Positions 22,746 through 36,118 of a stretch of DNA of 64,000 nt are shown here, piece by piece. Each line of letters starts with the position of its first letter. Positions within the stretch are counted from its first letter, which is position 1. The notes below the pieces were generated by a model. That model saw nothing but the letters and a program-made list of their open reading frames with translations, was not told the DNA's origin and did not search any database. The position numbers were made by a program, and so were the translations under genes. Source of the DNA: Raja brachyura (Eukaryota); contig OY740805.1 in assembly GCA_963514005.1 (NCBI GenBank), forward strand, positions 42,098,001 to 42,162,000, in the 5' to 3' direction.

Positions 22746-24158
22746 GGGTGATTGGTAGAACGACCAGGTGGGGAAAGAAGGGTGGGGACAGGAACCGAGG
22801 CCGGAGGTGATGAGCTGAAGAAAAAGGGATGAGAATGATGGATTCTGACAAGAATTGAAGGTGTGGTGAGAAACGTAGAACCAGAGGAAGGTTGGAGCGC
22901 ATTGGATCCAAGAAGAGATAGCTAATTGGATAGAACATTGGCTTCATGTAGGGAAGCAGACGGTGATGAGGGAAGGTTGTTTTCCGGACTGGAGGCCTGT
23001 GACTAGTGGTGTGCCTCACGGTTCTGTGCTTATATCAATGATCTAGATGAGAATGTACATGGCATGATTAGCAAGTTTGCAGACAACACAAAAGTGGGTG
23101 GTCTTGTGGATAGTGAAGATGGATGTCAAAAATTGCAGCAGGATCTTGATCGGTTGGGCAGATGGGCTGAGGAATGGTTGATGGTATTTAATACAGGATT
23201 AAATATAAATTTAATGTAGGAGTGCAGTAACATAGTTCCTTGAAAGTGGCGTCACAGGTAGATAGTGTGCTCATAAAGTGTTTCAGCACATTGGCCTTCA
23301 TCAGTCACAGTATTGAATATAGAGGTTGGGAGGTCACGTTGCGGATATATAAGATGTTGGTGAAGCCACACTTGGGGTGTTGTGTTCAGTTCTGGGCACC
23401 ACGTTATAGGAAATACGTTGTCAAGCTGTAAAGGGTACAGATAAGATTCACGAGGATGTTGCCAGGACTCGAGGGCCTGAGCTATAGGGAGAGGGTGAGC
23501 AGGCTAGGACTTTATTCCTCGTAGAGCAGGAGGAAGAGGGTTGATCAGAAAGAGGTGTAGAGTATCGTGAGAGGAATAGATCGGGTAAGCGCAGAGTAGG
23601 GGCATCAACGACCATAGGATTAAAGTGGTGGTGGGAGTAGAGTTAACAGGAACCAGAGAGGGAACTCTTTTACAAAAAGGGTGGTGGGTATATGGAACAA
23701 GCTGTTGGAAGAGGTGCTTGAGGCAGAAGTGGATACTATTATGACAGGCATAGAACGGGTGGGCAGTCATAACCTTTTTCCCAGGGTGAAAATAATCAAA
23801 GACTTGAGGACATAGCTTTAAGGTGAGAGGAGCAAAGGTTAAAGGATTTGTGCGGGGCAAGTGTTTTTCCCAGTGTGGGGAGCACCTGGAATGTGCTGCC
23901 GGGGGTGGTGGTGGAGGCAGATACGATAGTGGCATTTTAGATAGACACCTGGATATACAAGGAATGGAGGGATATGGATTATGTGCAGGCAGATAAGAGA
24001 TGGTCTTCGCAACATGTTATGCACAGATATTGTGGGCCGAATGGCCTGTTCTTGTGATGTACTGTTCTACGTTATATTGAACCATTCATGATCTGCGCTT
24101 TAGCCAACGTAACACACACCAGATAGTTTTACTGAATTGTACATCAGCCTGTACTTAC

Positions 24159-24185
24159 CATAATATCATTCCACATCCTTGTGCC
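24159..24185 (-). other. Putative 27-nt cytoplasmic micro-exon of BTN-like gene A
   Basis: tttgtgcag|ggcacaaggatgtggaatgatattatg|gtaagt; positional homologue at 59249-59275. Confidence 0.55.
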
Positions 24186-24329
24186 CTGCACAAAACAGAA
24201 ATATTTCACATTTTCACTGCAACTAAAATTGGAAATAAAATAATGACAGCGGGGAGCAAGGAACAAAGAGAGGGGGGCACAGTGACGCAGCTCTTCACAG
24301 CTCCAGGGACCTGGGTTCAATCCTGAATT

Positions 24330-25345
24330 TGAACAGCTAGATACCAAATTGTACAGCAGAACCAAGAAGGTAATAATCTCTGGATTGCTACTTGAGCTGA
24401 GAGCAAATTGGCATAGAGTTGAGAGGATTAGAGAGGTGAACGAATTAGAAGTATTAGAGATTGTGGACGCATTAATGCATAGATAGCATCTGTGATATTT
24501 CAAGCATCACTAGAGTCAGGAGTGGTTCCAGATGATTGGAAATTTGCCAATATTACCCCGCTGCACAAGAAGGGAGCAATGCAGAATATTGGGAACTAGA
24601 GGCCGGTTAGTCTGATTTTGGTAGTTGGTAAGATATCAGAATCCATTATAAAGGCTGAGTTTACGGAGAACTTGGTTCATGATAAAATAGGTCAAAGTCA
24701 GCTGTTTTGTGAAGGGGAGGTCTTGCCTGACGAATCTGCAGGAATACTTTGCAGAAGTAAACAGCAGGACAGACAAAGGAGATTTACTGGATGGTGTTTA
24801 TCTAGATTTTCAGAAAGCCTTTGATAAGGTGCCACACGTGAGGCTGCTCAGGAAGATGAGAGCCCATGCTATCAAAGGGCAGATACCAGCATGCATAGCA
24901 GGTTGGCTGGGTGGCAGAAGGCAAAGAGTGGCAATAAAGGGGGTTATTCTGGTTGGCTGCCAGTGACTAGCGGAGTTCTGTGGGGGTCGGTGCTGGGGCC
25001 GCTACTCTTCACGTTGCGTATTACTGATTTGGACGACGGGATAGATGGCTTTGTTGCCAAGTTTGCGGATGATATGAAAATTGGTGGAGGGGCAGGTAGT
25101 ATAGAGAAAGTAGTGACTCCGCAGAAGGACTTGGACAGGTTGGGAGAGTGGGCAGAGAAGTGGCAGATGCAATATAGTGTAGCAAAGTGTGGAGTCATGC
25201 ATTTTGGAAGTAGGAATAAAGATGCAGACTATTTTCTACATGGGGAGGGAATCCAGAAATCGGAGGTGCAAAGCGACTTGGGAGTGCTGGTGCAGGATTC
25301 CCCAAATGTTAATCTGGAAGTCAAATCGGTAGTAAAGAAACCAAA
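24330..25345 (+). mobile_element. CR1 RT fragment (duplicate of 19240-20110)
   Basis: ORFs 24709..24966 and 24891..25376. Confidence 0.85.
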
Positions 25346-25439
25346 TGCTTTCTGCCTCTGGCTGCTACAAATGTGAGAAGTGCATCCAGGTACAGCTCCT
25401 GAAGGACCGTGTTGGGTAACGGGAGCAGCTAGTGGATTA

Positions 25440-25932
25440 CATAGAAACATAGAAATTGGGTGCAGGAGTAGGCCATTCGGCCCTTCAAGCTTGCACCGCC
25501 ATTCAATATGATCATGGCTGATCATCGAACTCAGTATCCCGTACCTGCCTTCTCTCCATACCCTCTGATCCCCTTAGCCACAAGGGCCACATCTAACTCC
25601 CTCTTAAATATAGCCAATGAACTGGCCTCAATTACCCTCTGTGGCAGAGAGTTCCAGAGACCCACCACTCTCTGTGTGAAAAAAGTCCGTCTCATCTCGG
25701 TACTAAAGGATTTCCCCCTTATCCTATAAACCGAGTCTATCCAGTCTTTCTTCATAAGACAGTCCTGACATCCCAGGAATCAATCTGGTGAACCTTATCT
25801 GCACTCCCTCTATGGCAATAATGTCCTTTCTCAAATTTGGAGACCAGAACTGTACGCAATACTCCAGGTGTGGTCTCACCAAGACCCTGTACAACTAAAG
25901 TAGAACCTCCCTGCTCCTATACTCAAATCCTC
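25440..25932 (-). mobile_element. CR1 3' fragment
   Basis: Reverse complement of the CR1 tail family seen at 21672-22220. Confidence 0.85.
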
Positions 25933-28085
25933 AGGTTCAGCCGAGAAACGGAGTCATTCCTCGACAAGTCCGACAGCAAGATTGTTACACCTAAGGTACT
26001 GGAAGAGAGAAGGTGGGTGACGGTGAGAAAGGGAGGGAAACATTTAATGCAAAGGTCCCCGGGTGTTGTACCTCTTGTGAACAGGTTCACCCACTTAGAT
26101 GCTGTCGGGACAGAAGACGTTATCAATCTGAGCGACGGACTGGCTTAAGAAGCAAAAAGTGCTGTTGAGCTAAAACCAAAGAGGCCAACGTCAGGCAACG
26201 CTATTGTAGTTGGAAACTCCATTGTGAGAGGTGCGGACATGGGTTTCTGCAGGAACACACGGGATTCGAGGATGGTGTGCTGCCTTCCTGGTGCCAGGAT
26301 CCAGGATGTCACGGACAGAGTGCAGAAAATCCTCAAGGGCCAAGGTGAACAGCCGGAAGTGGTAGTGCATGTCTGCACAAACGATGTTGGAAAGAAGGGG
26401 ATGAATATTCTGCAGCGTGACTTTAGAGAGCTCGGAAAAATGTTGAAAAGCGGGACCTCCAGGGTTGTTATCTCCGGTTTGCTTCCAGTTCCTCGTGCTG
26501 GCCAGAGCAGCAACAGGGAGATACGGGGCCTGAATGTGTGGCTGAGGAACTGGTGCAGGGGGCAGGGATTTAGATTCTTAGATCACTGGGATCTGTTTTG
26601 GAGTAAGGGGAAACTGTACAAAAGGGACGGATTGAATCTTAACAGGAGGGGGACCAGCATTCTGCCAGGCAGGTTTGCCACTGCCACACGGGTGGTTGTA
26701 AACTGAATAAGGGGGATGGGGTGTCAAATGGGATAGTCGAGGATGGAGTTAAAGGGAAAGAGATTAAAGGGAAAGCTAATGACCCCAGAATTAACGGGAA
26801 AGGCTCACAAAGGGATAGGAGAGTATGGCCATGTGTAATAGGGATCGATGTGAAAGGTGAGATGCGTAAGGAATTAAAAGTATTGTATATGAATGCGCAA
26901 AGTATAAGAAGTAAAATAGATGAGCTTGAGGCTCAGTTAGAGGTTGGTAGATATGACATTGTGGCGATTACTGAGACGTGGCTGCAGGAGGATCGGGCCT
27001 GAGAACTTAATATTCAGGGTTATACATCCTATAGAAAGGACAGCCAGGTGGGCAGAGGAGGAGGAGGGTGGGGGGGGGGGGGGGGGGGGGGGGTAGCTCT
27101 GCTGGTGAGGGATGGAATTCAGTCCCTTGCGAGGGAAGACATAGGGACTGATGAGGTAGAGTCACTGTGGATTGAGTTGAGGAATTGTAAAGGCAAGAAG
27201 ACACTAATTGGTGTTATATACAGACGCGCAAATAGAAGCCCGGGTGCAGGGTGTAAGTTGCAGCAGGAGTTAAAACTGGCATGTAACAAAGGTAATGCCA
27301 CTGTGGTGATGGGGGATTTCAATATGCAGGTAGACTGGGAAAATCAGGTTGGTTCAGGACCCCAAGAAAGAGAGTTTGTAGAATGCCTCCGAGATGGATT
27401 CTTAGAGCAGCTTGTAATGGAGCCGACCAGAGAAAAGGCAATTCTGGATTTAGTGTTGTCCAATGAACCAGATATGATAAGAGAACTCGAGGTAAAGGAA
27501 CCGCTTGGAGGCAGTGATCATAATATGATCAGTTTTAATCTGCAAATGGAGAAGGAGAAGGTTAAATCGGAAGTGTCAGTGATGCAGTTGAACAAAGGGG
27601 ACGATGAAGGCATGAGAGGGGAGCGGGCCAAGGTAGTCTGGAAAGGGATCCTGGCAGGAATGACGGTGGAACAGTAATGGAAGGAACTTCTGGGCATTAT
27701 CCAAAAAACGCAGGATCATTTCATTCCAAAAAGGAAGAAAGATTCTAAGGGGAGTAGGAGCCAACCGTGGCTGACAAGAGAAGTTAGAGATAGAATAAAA
27801 CTAAAAGAAAAGATGTATAACACAGTAGTGAGTAGCCGGAAGCCAGAGGATTGGGAAACTTTCATAGGATAACAGAAGGAAACAAAACGGGCAATACGGA
27901 CAGAAAAGATGAAGTACGAAGGGAAGCTGGCCAGGAATATAAAGAAGGACAGTAAAAGCTTCTTTAGATATGTTAAGAGAAAAAGAGTAGCAAAGTCAAA
28001 TGTGGGTCCCTTGAAGGCAGACACGGGTGAAATGATTATGGGCAACAAGGAAATGGCAGAAGGGTTCAATGGGTAACCCTTCACT
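25933..28085 (+). mobile_element. CR1 LINE: ORF1 SGNH-esterase domain and ORF2 endonuclease, 3' part lost
   Basis: ORF 26224..26706 (CLPGARI, VVHVCTND, DGLNLN) and ORF2 (YMNAQSI, ETW, MGDFN, SDHNMI). Confidence 0.9.
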
Positions 28086-28395
28086 AAGGAAGGCACAAAC
28101 AATCTCCCCCACCCAAGTCACACTAGCTTCTCATTTTCACACTACAAACAGCTTACAATGGCCTGTTTCCTTTATCATCGATACTTTTTTGCATATCTTT
28201 CATTCATTGTTCTTTATCTCTCCACATCACCGTCTATATCTCTCGTTTCCCTGATCCCTAACCAGTCTGAAGAAGAGTCTCGACCCGAAACACCGCCCAT
28301 CTCCTTCGCTCCTTAGATGCTGCTGCACCCGCTGAGTTTCTCCAACCTTTTGTGTACCCTCGATTCTCCAGCATCTGCAGTTCCTTCTTTAACAC
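28085..28395 (+). mobile_element. Penelope 3' repeat fragment with decayed hammerhead (28267-28294)
   Basis: Reverse complement of 4650-4900; no TSD, sits at a CR1 deletion junction. Confidence 0.85.
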
Positions 28396-28734
28396 TTAAC
28401 ATATGATGAGCGTTTGACGGCACTGGGCCTGTACTCACTGGAGTTTAGAACAACGAGGGGGGACCTCATTGAAGCTTACAGAATAGTGAAAGGCTTGGAT
28501 AGAGTGGATGTGGAGAGGATGTTTCCACTGTCTGAAGAGTCTAGTATAGACACAAAAAGCTGGAGTAACTCAGCGGGACAGGTGGCATCTCTGGAGAAAA
28601 GGAATGGGTTCATTCTCTCCAGAGATGCTGCCTGTCCCACTGAGTTACTCCAGCTTTCTGTGTCTATACGTGGTCTGAAGGATCTTTTCCTGTACTGTTC
28701 TATGTTCTATGTTTTGTTCTGAGCGTAGTCACTG

Positions 28735-29755
28735 TATATAACCATATAACAATTACAGCACCTCGGCCCTTCTAGCCCGTACCGAACACTTACTCTCATC
28801 TAGTCCCATATACCTGCAGTCAGACCATAACCCTCCATTCCTTTCCCGTCCATATACCCACCCAATTTATTTTTAAATGATAAAATCGAAACTGCCTCCA
28901 CCACTTCCACTGGAAGCTCATTCCACACATCTACCACTCTCTGAGTAAAGAAGTTCCCCCTCATGTTACACCTAAGCTTCTGTCCATTAATTCTCAAATC
29001 ATGTCCTCGTGTTTGAATCTTCCCTACTCTCAATGGAAAATGCTTATCCACGTCAACTCTGTCTATCCCTCTCATAATTTTAAAGACCTCTATCAAGTCC
29101 CCCCTTGGGGTGGAAGATTGCAACCTTCACATGGTAAGCCCCGTTTCGATTAATGCAATCAACTCAACGTGCACAAACGGAAGATCAAACAGAACAAGTT
29201 GCCCAACAACTTTAGGTTGTGCACGCCACACGAAAGAAGACAAAGTCCCCCCTTAACCTTCTGCGCTGCAAAGAACTATCTTGTTCAACCTTTCTCTGTA
29301 ATTTAGGTATGAAACCCAGGCAACATTCTAGTAAATCTTCTCTGTACTCTCTCTATTTTATTGACATCTTTCCTATAATTTGGCGACCAGAATTGTACAC
29401 CACATTCCAGAATGGGCCTCACCAATGCCATGTACACTTTTAACATTACATCCCAACTTCTGTACTCAATGCTCTGATTTATAAAGGCCAGCACACCAAA
29501 AGCTTTCTTTACCACCCGATCTACATGAGATTCCACCTTCAGGGAACTATGCACAGTTATTCCTACATCCCTCTGTTCAACTGCATTCCTCAATTCGCTA
29601 TAATTTACCATGTACGTCCTATTTTGATCTGTCCTGCCAAGATGTAGCACCTCACACTTATCAGCATTAAACTGATCATCTGCCATCTTTCAGCCCACTC
29701 TTCCAAATGGCCTAAATCTCTCTGTAGACTTTGAAAATCGACTTCATTATATTCA
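28735..29755 (-). mobile_element. CR1 3' fragment with (GTTATATG)n-type tail
   Basis: ORFs 28800..29123 and 29303..29686; same subfamily as 37677-38900 and 54655-55558. Confidence 0.88.
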
Positions 29756-29989
29756 GTATCTGTATTCGCCACATTCTCTGATAGCATGATTCAGATAACA
29801 AAACCATTCCCTGTGTTAAAACATCACTCCTCAGATCCCTGCACGCATCGTCCTCTCACCTCATCACCTCATACCTTTGATACCTACCGCGGGAAATAAG
29901 ATGTTGACACTCTATCCTATCGTTGCCTCTCATAATCAGACAGTTTGGGCCGAATGGCCCGTTCCTCTGCTGTCTCCGAAATATCTTAC

Positions 29990-30016
29990 CTTCCATAGAG
30001 AGAAACAGCTGCAGTT
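29990..30016 (-). CDS. 27-nt phase 1-1 cytoplasmic micro-exon (ELQLFLSME) of BTN-like gene A
   Basis: cttgttttcag|aactgcagctgtttctctctatggaag|gtaaga; paralogue at 60098-60124. Confidence 0.78.
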
Positions 30017-30784
30017 CTGAAAACAAGAAGCAGGAACATGTCAGTGAGTGAGGCCGGCAGCACGTTCCACGCTGTGCACAAACAGAGCACAATTCACACG
30101 GTGCCCTCTGATTGAGACACTGCGCTAGGAGGTGGGGCACAAGGACCCCACATTCACCAGAGCCGGAGGAGACGGTGATGGAGACAAACTCCACCTGCAA
30201 CTGACCGCAAGGACACTGCGCACCGAGATTTCCTCCAAGAACCTTCCCCATGTGGCAAGGCTTGCTCTTCCTCCACCCTTTAGGCCGTGAATCCCACAGC
30301 CTTCACACGGGTTGTGTGAATGGGATTTTCCCACTTCCTTTCTGCACCATCTGCTGTGGCTCAGTGAGGTTTTCTCCTCTCGCCTCGGTCGCAATGTTGA
30401 GCTTCAGCAACTCGAGTCGTAACTCCAGCTGTCGCTGCGGTGCTGAGCCGAGGAAACCACCAGAGGAGCCTTCAGTTGGCCCAGTCGTAAACCTGTGGGT
30501 TTTGTCACACCAATGTGGAATATACAACAGTGCCATTAGGGCTCTCATGCTAATGTTTATACTTGATCAGACCTTTCTCAAACAACAGGGCCAGGTCGTT
30601 GCTCGGAGAGAGCTTGTGGTGATTACACCAACTTATCTCTTCTGACTTCATGAATGGCCATTGTACTTCAAAGGACACCTCAATGATTCAAGATAGACAC
30701 AAAATGCTGGAGTAACAGCGGGCAGGTAGCATCACTGGAGAGAAGGAATGGGTGAATTTCAGGTCCGAGAAACATAGACAAATA

Positions 30785-32420
30785 TGCGCAGGAATAGGAT
30801 ATTCCTTCTGCAGTTGTACAGAGCCCTAGTGAGACCACACATGGAGTATTGTGTGCAGTTTTTGTCCCCTAATTTGAGGAAGGACATTCTTGTTATTGAG
30901 GGAGTACAGCATAGGTTTACAAGGTTAATTCCGGGGATGGTGGGACTGTCATATGCTGAGAAAATGGAGCAGCTGGGCTTGTACACTCTGGAGTTTAGAA
31001 GGATGAGAGGGGATCTCATTGAAACATATAAGATTGTTGAGGGCTTGGACACACTACAGTCAGGAAACATGTCCCCGATTGGGGGAGTCCTGAACCAGGG
31101 GCCACAGTATAAGAATAAGGAGTAAGCCATTTAGAACGGAAACGAGGAAACACTTTTTCTCACAGAGAGTGGTGAGTCTCTGGAATTCTCTGCCTCAGTG
31201 GGCGGTGGGGGCAGGTTATCTGGATGCTTTCAAGAAAGAACTAGATAGGGCTCTCTAAAATAGCGGAGTCAGGGGATATGGGGAGAAGGCAGGAATGGGG
31301 TACTGATTGGGGATGATCAGCCTTGATCACATGGATTTAAGAGAGAGCTGGATAGAGCTCTGGGGACCTGTGGGTTTTCGAGTCAAGGGATATGGGGAGA
31401 AGGCAGGCACGGGTTATTGATAGCGGCCAATCAGCCATGATCACAATGAATGGCGAACCTACGCTGCACTCCCTCAATAGCAAGAATGTCCTTCCTCAAA
31501 TTAGGAGACCAAAACTGTACACAGTACTCCAGGTGTGGTCTCACCAGGGCCCTGTACAACAAGAGTAGGACCTCCTTGCTCCTAAACTCAAATCCTCTCG
31601 CAATGAAGGGCAACAATCTATTTGCTTTCTTCACTGTCTGCTGTACCTGCATGCTTACTCTCAGTGACTGATGTACAAGCACACCCAGGTCTTGCACCTT
31701 CCCTTTTCCTAATCGGAAACAATTCAGATAATAATCTGCCTTCCTTTTCTTGCCACCAAAGTGGATTACCTCACATTTATCCACATTGTACTGCATCTGC
31801 AATGTATCTGTCCTCTCACTCAACCTATCCAAGTCACTCTGCAGCCTCATGTCATCCTCATCGCATCTCGCACTGCCACCCAGCTTTGTGTCGTCTACAA
31901 ACTTGGAGATGTCACATTTGATTCCCTCGTCTAAATCGGTTATATATATTGTAAATAACTGGGCTCCCAGCATCGACCCTTGCTGCACCCTACTAGTCAC
32001 TGCCTGCCATTCAGGAAAGGACCCATTAATTCCTACTCCCTACTTCCGGTCCTCTATCCATATCAATACCCTACCCCCAATACCATGTGCTCCAATTTTG
32101 CAAGCTAATCTTTTGTACGGGACCTTGTCAAAGGCTTTATGAAAGTCCAAATACACCACATCCACTGGCTCTCCTTTATCCATTCTACTTGTTACATCCT
32201 CAAAAATTCCAGAAGATTAGTCAAGCATGATTTCCCCTTCATAAATCTATGCTGACATTGACCGATCCTGTCACTGCTTTCCAAATGCGCAGCTGTAACA
32301 TCTTTAATAATCGACTCAAAACATCTTCCCCACGACCGATGTAAGTCTACAGTAACTGGTCTATAATTCCCCGTTTTCTCTCTCCCGCCTTTCTTAAAAA
32401 GTGCATACCCTCCAGTCCAC
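30785..32420. mobile_element. Two tail-to-tail CR1 fragments (+ 30785-31450, - 31455-32420)
   Basis: ORFs 30784..31125 (+), 31431..32000 and 32192..32422 (-). Confidence 0.85.
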
Positions 32421-33199
32421 ATGAACTGATCCAGATTCGAGAGAACATTGGAGACCCTTCTTCAGACTGAGAGTCAGAGGAGACGGAAACGAGAGATAAG
32501 GAAGAGTGAGGTGTGAAAACGGGAGATGAAATGGGATGCAGATCAAGGAAATGTACAATAGATAATTGTTAAGCAGGAGAATGTGACAACGAAACATACA
32601 GAGATAAGATTTAATCTGGGGGACACTCGGACTGGTCGGAGAATTCGGAAGAGGGAGGGATGGAGAGAGAGGGAAAGCAAGGTTACTTGAAGTTACAGAA
32701 GTCAATATTGTAAGCTGCCCAAATGAAAGATGAGATGCTGTTCCTCCAATTTCCGTCGAGCTTCACTCTGAAGATGGAGGACGCCCAGAACAGAAACATC
32801 AATGTGGGAACGGGAGGGGGAGTTAAAATCTTTAGCAACGGGAGATCAGGTATGTCTAGGCGGACTGACCTGCATGGGTTTTCTCCGAGATCTTCGGTTT
32901 CCTCCCACATTCCAAAGACGTACAGGTTTGTAGGTTAATTGGCTTGGTAAATGTAAAAAGTGTCGCTAGTGGGTATCGGATAGTGTTAAGGTGCGGAGAT
33001 CGCTGGTCTTTGGGAGTGGGAGAAAACTGGAGCTCCGGAGAAAGCCCACGCGGTCACCGGGAGAACGTACAAACTCCATACAATCAGCATCAGGATTGAC
33101 TCGGGTCTCTAGCGCTACAAGGCAGCAACTCTACCGCTGCTCCACAGCGCCGTCCTAGAATCTCCTTGTGCCGGCACTAATCCCATCTGCCTGTGTCTG

Positions 33200-34400
33200 T
33201 AACACGTTGAACCAACTTGCCCATGCCGGCTAACATGACCCAGCTACACTAATCGTATCTGCCTGCGTTTGGCCCATATCCCTCCAATCCTGTCCTATCC
33301 ATGTACCTGTCTAACTGGTTCTGAAACGTTGTGATAGTCCCAGCCACAACAACCTCCTCTGACAGCTTCTACCATACACCCACCACTATTTGTGTGAAAA
33401 AGGTTTTCCCTCAGATTCCAATGAATTATTGTCTCCTTCAGCTTCATCTCTGGTCCTCGATTCACCTACTCTGGGCAAGAAACTCAGTTATTGAGTAGAT
33501 CAGTTATTTTGTAACACTTGGCTGCTGGTTTTCTGGGCGTTTGCCTCCACCGGATCTATTCCTCTCATGATTTTGTACACCTCTATAAGATCAACTCTTG
33601 TCCTCCCAGCCTACGTAACCTCCCCTTATAGCTCAGACCTTCTAGTCTTGGCAACATCCTCGTTAATCTTCTCTGTACCCTTCCCAGCTTGACAACATCG
33701 TTCCTATAACATGCACCTGTACTCTTAGATCCTTCTGCTCTACGACATCTCCAGAGAGAAGAGCCCTGCCGTTCACTGTGTAGGTCCTGCCCATGTTAGA
33801 CTTCCCAAAATGCAACACCTCACTTTTTGCTGTATAAAATTCCATCAACCATTCCTCAGCCCACCTGGCCAATCGATCCAGATCCTGCAATGTTTCACAA
33901 CCATCTTCACTATCTGCAAAACCACCCACTGTTGTATCTTCACCAAACTTGCTAACATTGCCATGTATAGAAACATAAACATAGAAACATAGAAATAGGT
34001 GGAGGGGTAGGCCATTCGGCCCATCGAGCCTGCACCGCCATTCAATATGATCATGGCTGATCATCCAACTCGGTATCCCGTACCTGCCTTATCTCCATAC
34101 CCCCTGATCCCTTTAGCCACAAGGGCCACATCTAACTCCCTCTTAAATATAGCCAATGAACTGGCCTCTCATCCATATATTCTCATCCAAACCAATGATG
34201 TAGATGACAAACAGTAACGGGCCCAGCACCGAACCCTGAGGCACTCCAGTAGTCACAGGCCTCCAGTCCCAGAAGCAACCTTCCACCATTACCCTCTGCT
34301 TCCTTCCATGAAGCCAATTTGCTATCCATTCAGCTATCGCTTCTTGGATCCCATGTGATCTAACGCTCCAGGACAGCCGACCATGCGGGATGTGTCAAAC
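33200..34400 (-). mobile_element. Old CR1 fragment with nested younger CR1 tail (about 33967-34170)
   Basis: SKFGEDT..QDLDRL..WLMEF motifs. Confidence 0.8.
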
Positions 34401-34512
34401 TAGGGAGCTGTGATCAAATCTAACGTTTGTGTGGATGCTAAATTGTGTACAAAATATAAACGTTTTATAAACTTTCTGAATGCAATAACGCGGCACCATA
34501 TCTTGCTCTCAC

Positions 34513-34632
34513 CTTTAATCATTTTATCTTCTTTTCTGTGTAACATTATATTGAAAGCAGCAGCCGTTACCACGAGGGCCACAAACGCCCAGAAAACCAG
34601 CAGCCAAGGGTTGGTTTTAGGAAATAACTCAT
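34513..34632 (-). CDS. Transmembrane exon (120 nt) of BTN-like gene A: DELFPKTNPWLLVFWAFVALVVTAAAFNIMLHRKEDKMIK
   Basis: atatag| and |gtgaga splice sites, phase 1-1, hydrophobic stretch followed by basic residues, directly downstream of the IgC exon. Confidence 0.85.
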
Positions 34633-34754
34633 CTATATTGGTGAATGAAAATAGATCAGTAACAGCAACAGGAAGGAACTACAGATGCTGGTTTGCGCAG
34701 TGAAAGTTAGTTCAGAACTCGCTTTTGTAGAATGTTTCCCAGGTTCCCACGTAC

Positions 34755-35039
34755 CTGATATCTGGAGATGGGCCTCTCGTGTTTTCCCCGTTGACCTACT
34801 TCGTATGAAACAGGAATACCTGTTCACAGAATCACTTGTGACATCGATGTGACTGTGGACAGTGATCAGCCCGCTGGTGTCCTCAGTGAACAGTGTGTCA
34901 GACCGTGCTGTTACATCTTGTCCACTCCCATCCAGCCACCGTATCACCGGCTTGGGAAACCATCCATTCGACTTACACACCACACGCACTCCTTGCGTGG
35001 TGCTTTCCTCCAAGCGGATCCAGGGCCGGAGGCCAAATC
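34755..35039 (-). CDS. IgC exon (285 nt) of BTN-like gene A
   Basis: ttgcag| GFGLRPWI..VVCKSNGWFPKPVIRW..YSCFIR..LQIS |gtacgt; BTN/B7 C-domain motif C.S.GWFP.P..W. Confidence 0.92.
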
Positions 35040-35046
35040 CTGCAAT

Positions 35047-35794
35047 GAATGAATGGATGAATGAATACATTTATTGGCCAAGTATTCACATACAAGGAAT
35101 TTGCCTAGGTGCTCCGCCCACAAGTGACAACATGCCATACAGTGACAGTTTGGAATGACACATAAAACATTAAACATTAATAATAACACATTATCATAAA
35201 CATGTGCATTAAATAAAATACCAGAGCAAAAGGAGGCTACAGATTTTTGGTTATTGAGTAGAGCTACTACTCATGGAAAAAAGCTGTTTTTATGTCTGGC
35301 TGTTGTAGCTTTGGCAGTCGCCTTCCAGAGGGAAGTGAATCAAAGAGTTTGTTGCCAGGGTGAGAGGCATCAGAGATGATCTTACCCGCTCGTTTCCTGG
35401 CCCTTGCAGTTTACAGTTCATCAACGGAGGGAAGGTTGCAGCCAACTACCTTCTCAGCTGATCGGACAATTCGCTGCGGCCTCCGGATGTCGGGCTCAGT
35501 GGCTGAGCCAAACTAGAACGTGATGGAGAAGGTGAGGACCATCATAGAATTGGACCATCATTGCCTGTTGCAGATTGGCCTTCCACAGCTACCGCATGAA
35601 GTACATCCTCTTTTGGGCCTTTTTGACTGTCGCGTCGATGATGGCCCCCCCATTTAGGGCCCTTGGAGATGATGGTTCCCAGGAATTTAAAGGACTCCAC
35701 AGATGTGACTGTGGTGTTGTTGATGGTGAGTGGTGTGAGGGGAGGGGGAGCTCTCCTAAAGTCTACATTTAATTCCACCGTCTTAAGAGCATTG
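35047..35794 (-). mobile_element. Rex1/Babar-like LINE, 3' half with (ATTC)n tail
   Basis: ELNVDFRR..VESFKFLGTIIS; continues the RT half at 37095-37569. Confidence 0.85.
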
Positions 35795-36118
35795 TTTAAT
35801 TAGTGGGAAAGGAAAGTCTACAAGAATATGTGGCTATTGAACTGCAGAGGCTAGTTTGTACCGAAGGCAGACACAAAATGCTGGAACAACTCACTGGGTC
35901 AGGCAGAGGGATAGGTGATGTTTCCGGTCGAAAATATATGCAGCAGCTTTCGTTATGCATTATTGAATCTTTCATTGAAAGACTAAGAGCAAAGTATCCA
36001 GACCAATATCATTTCGAAGAGTTCCAAACTATAACAAAATAATCACATTTGCTTTCTTTAAATCGCCAGCAGGAAAGATTCTACAAATATTCTGAAGCTT
36101 AACCATTGTATTTTCTAG

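Larger units (their letters stand above)
15577..25345. repeat. Tandem segmental duplication: about 15580-20110 versus about 21340-25345
   Basis: Colinear matches of B30.2 exon, intron 16155/22285, CR1 relics 16455-17450/23100-24070, micro-exon 17535/24159, and CR1 19240-20110/24455-25340. Confidence 0.85.

Noticed and set aside
30130-30660. Coiled-coil-like peptide RQLELRLELLKL as a BTN heptad exon or gag relic
   Set aside because: No convincing splice sites and no counterpart in gene C; cannot be assigned without a search
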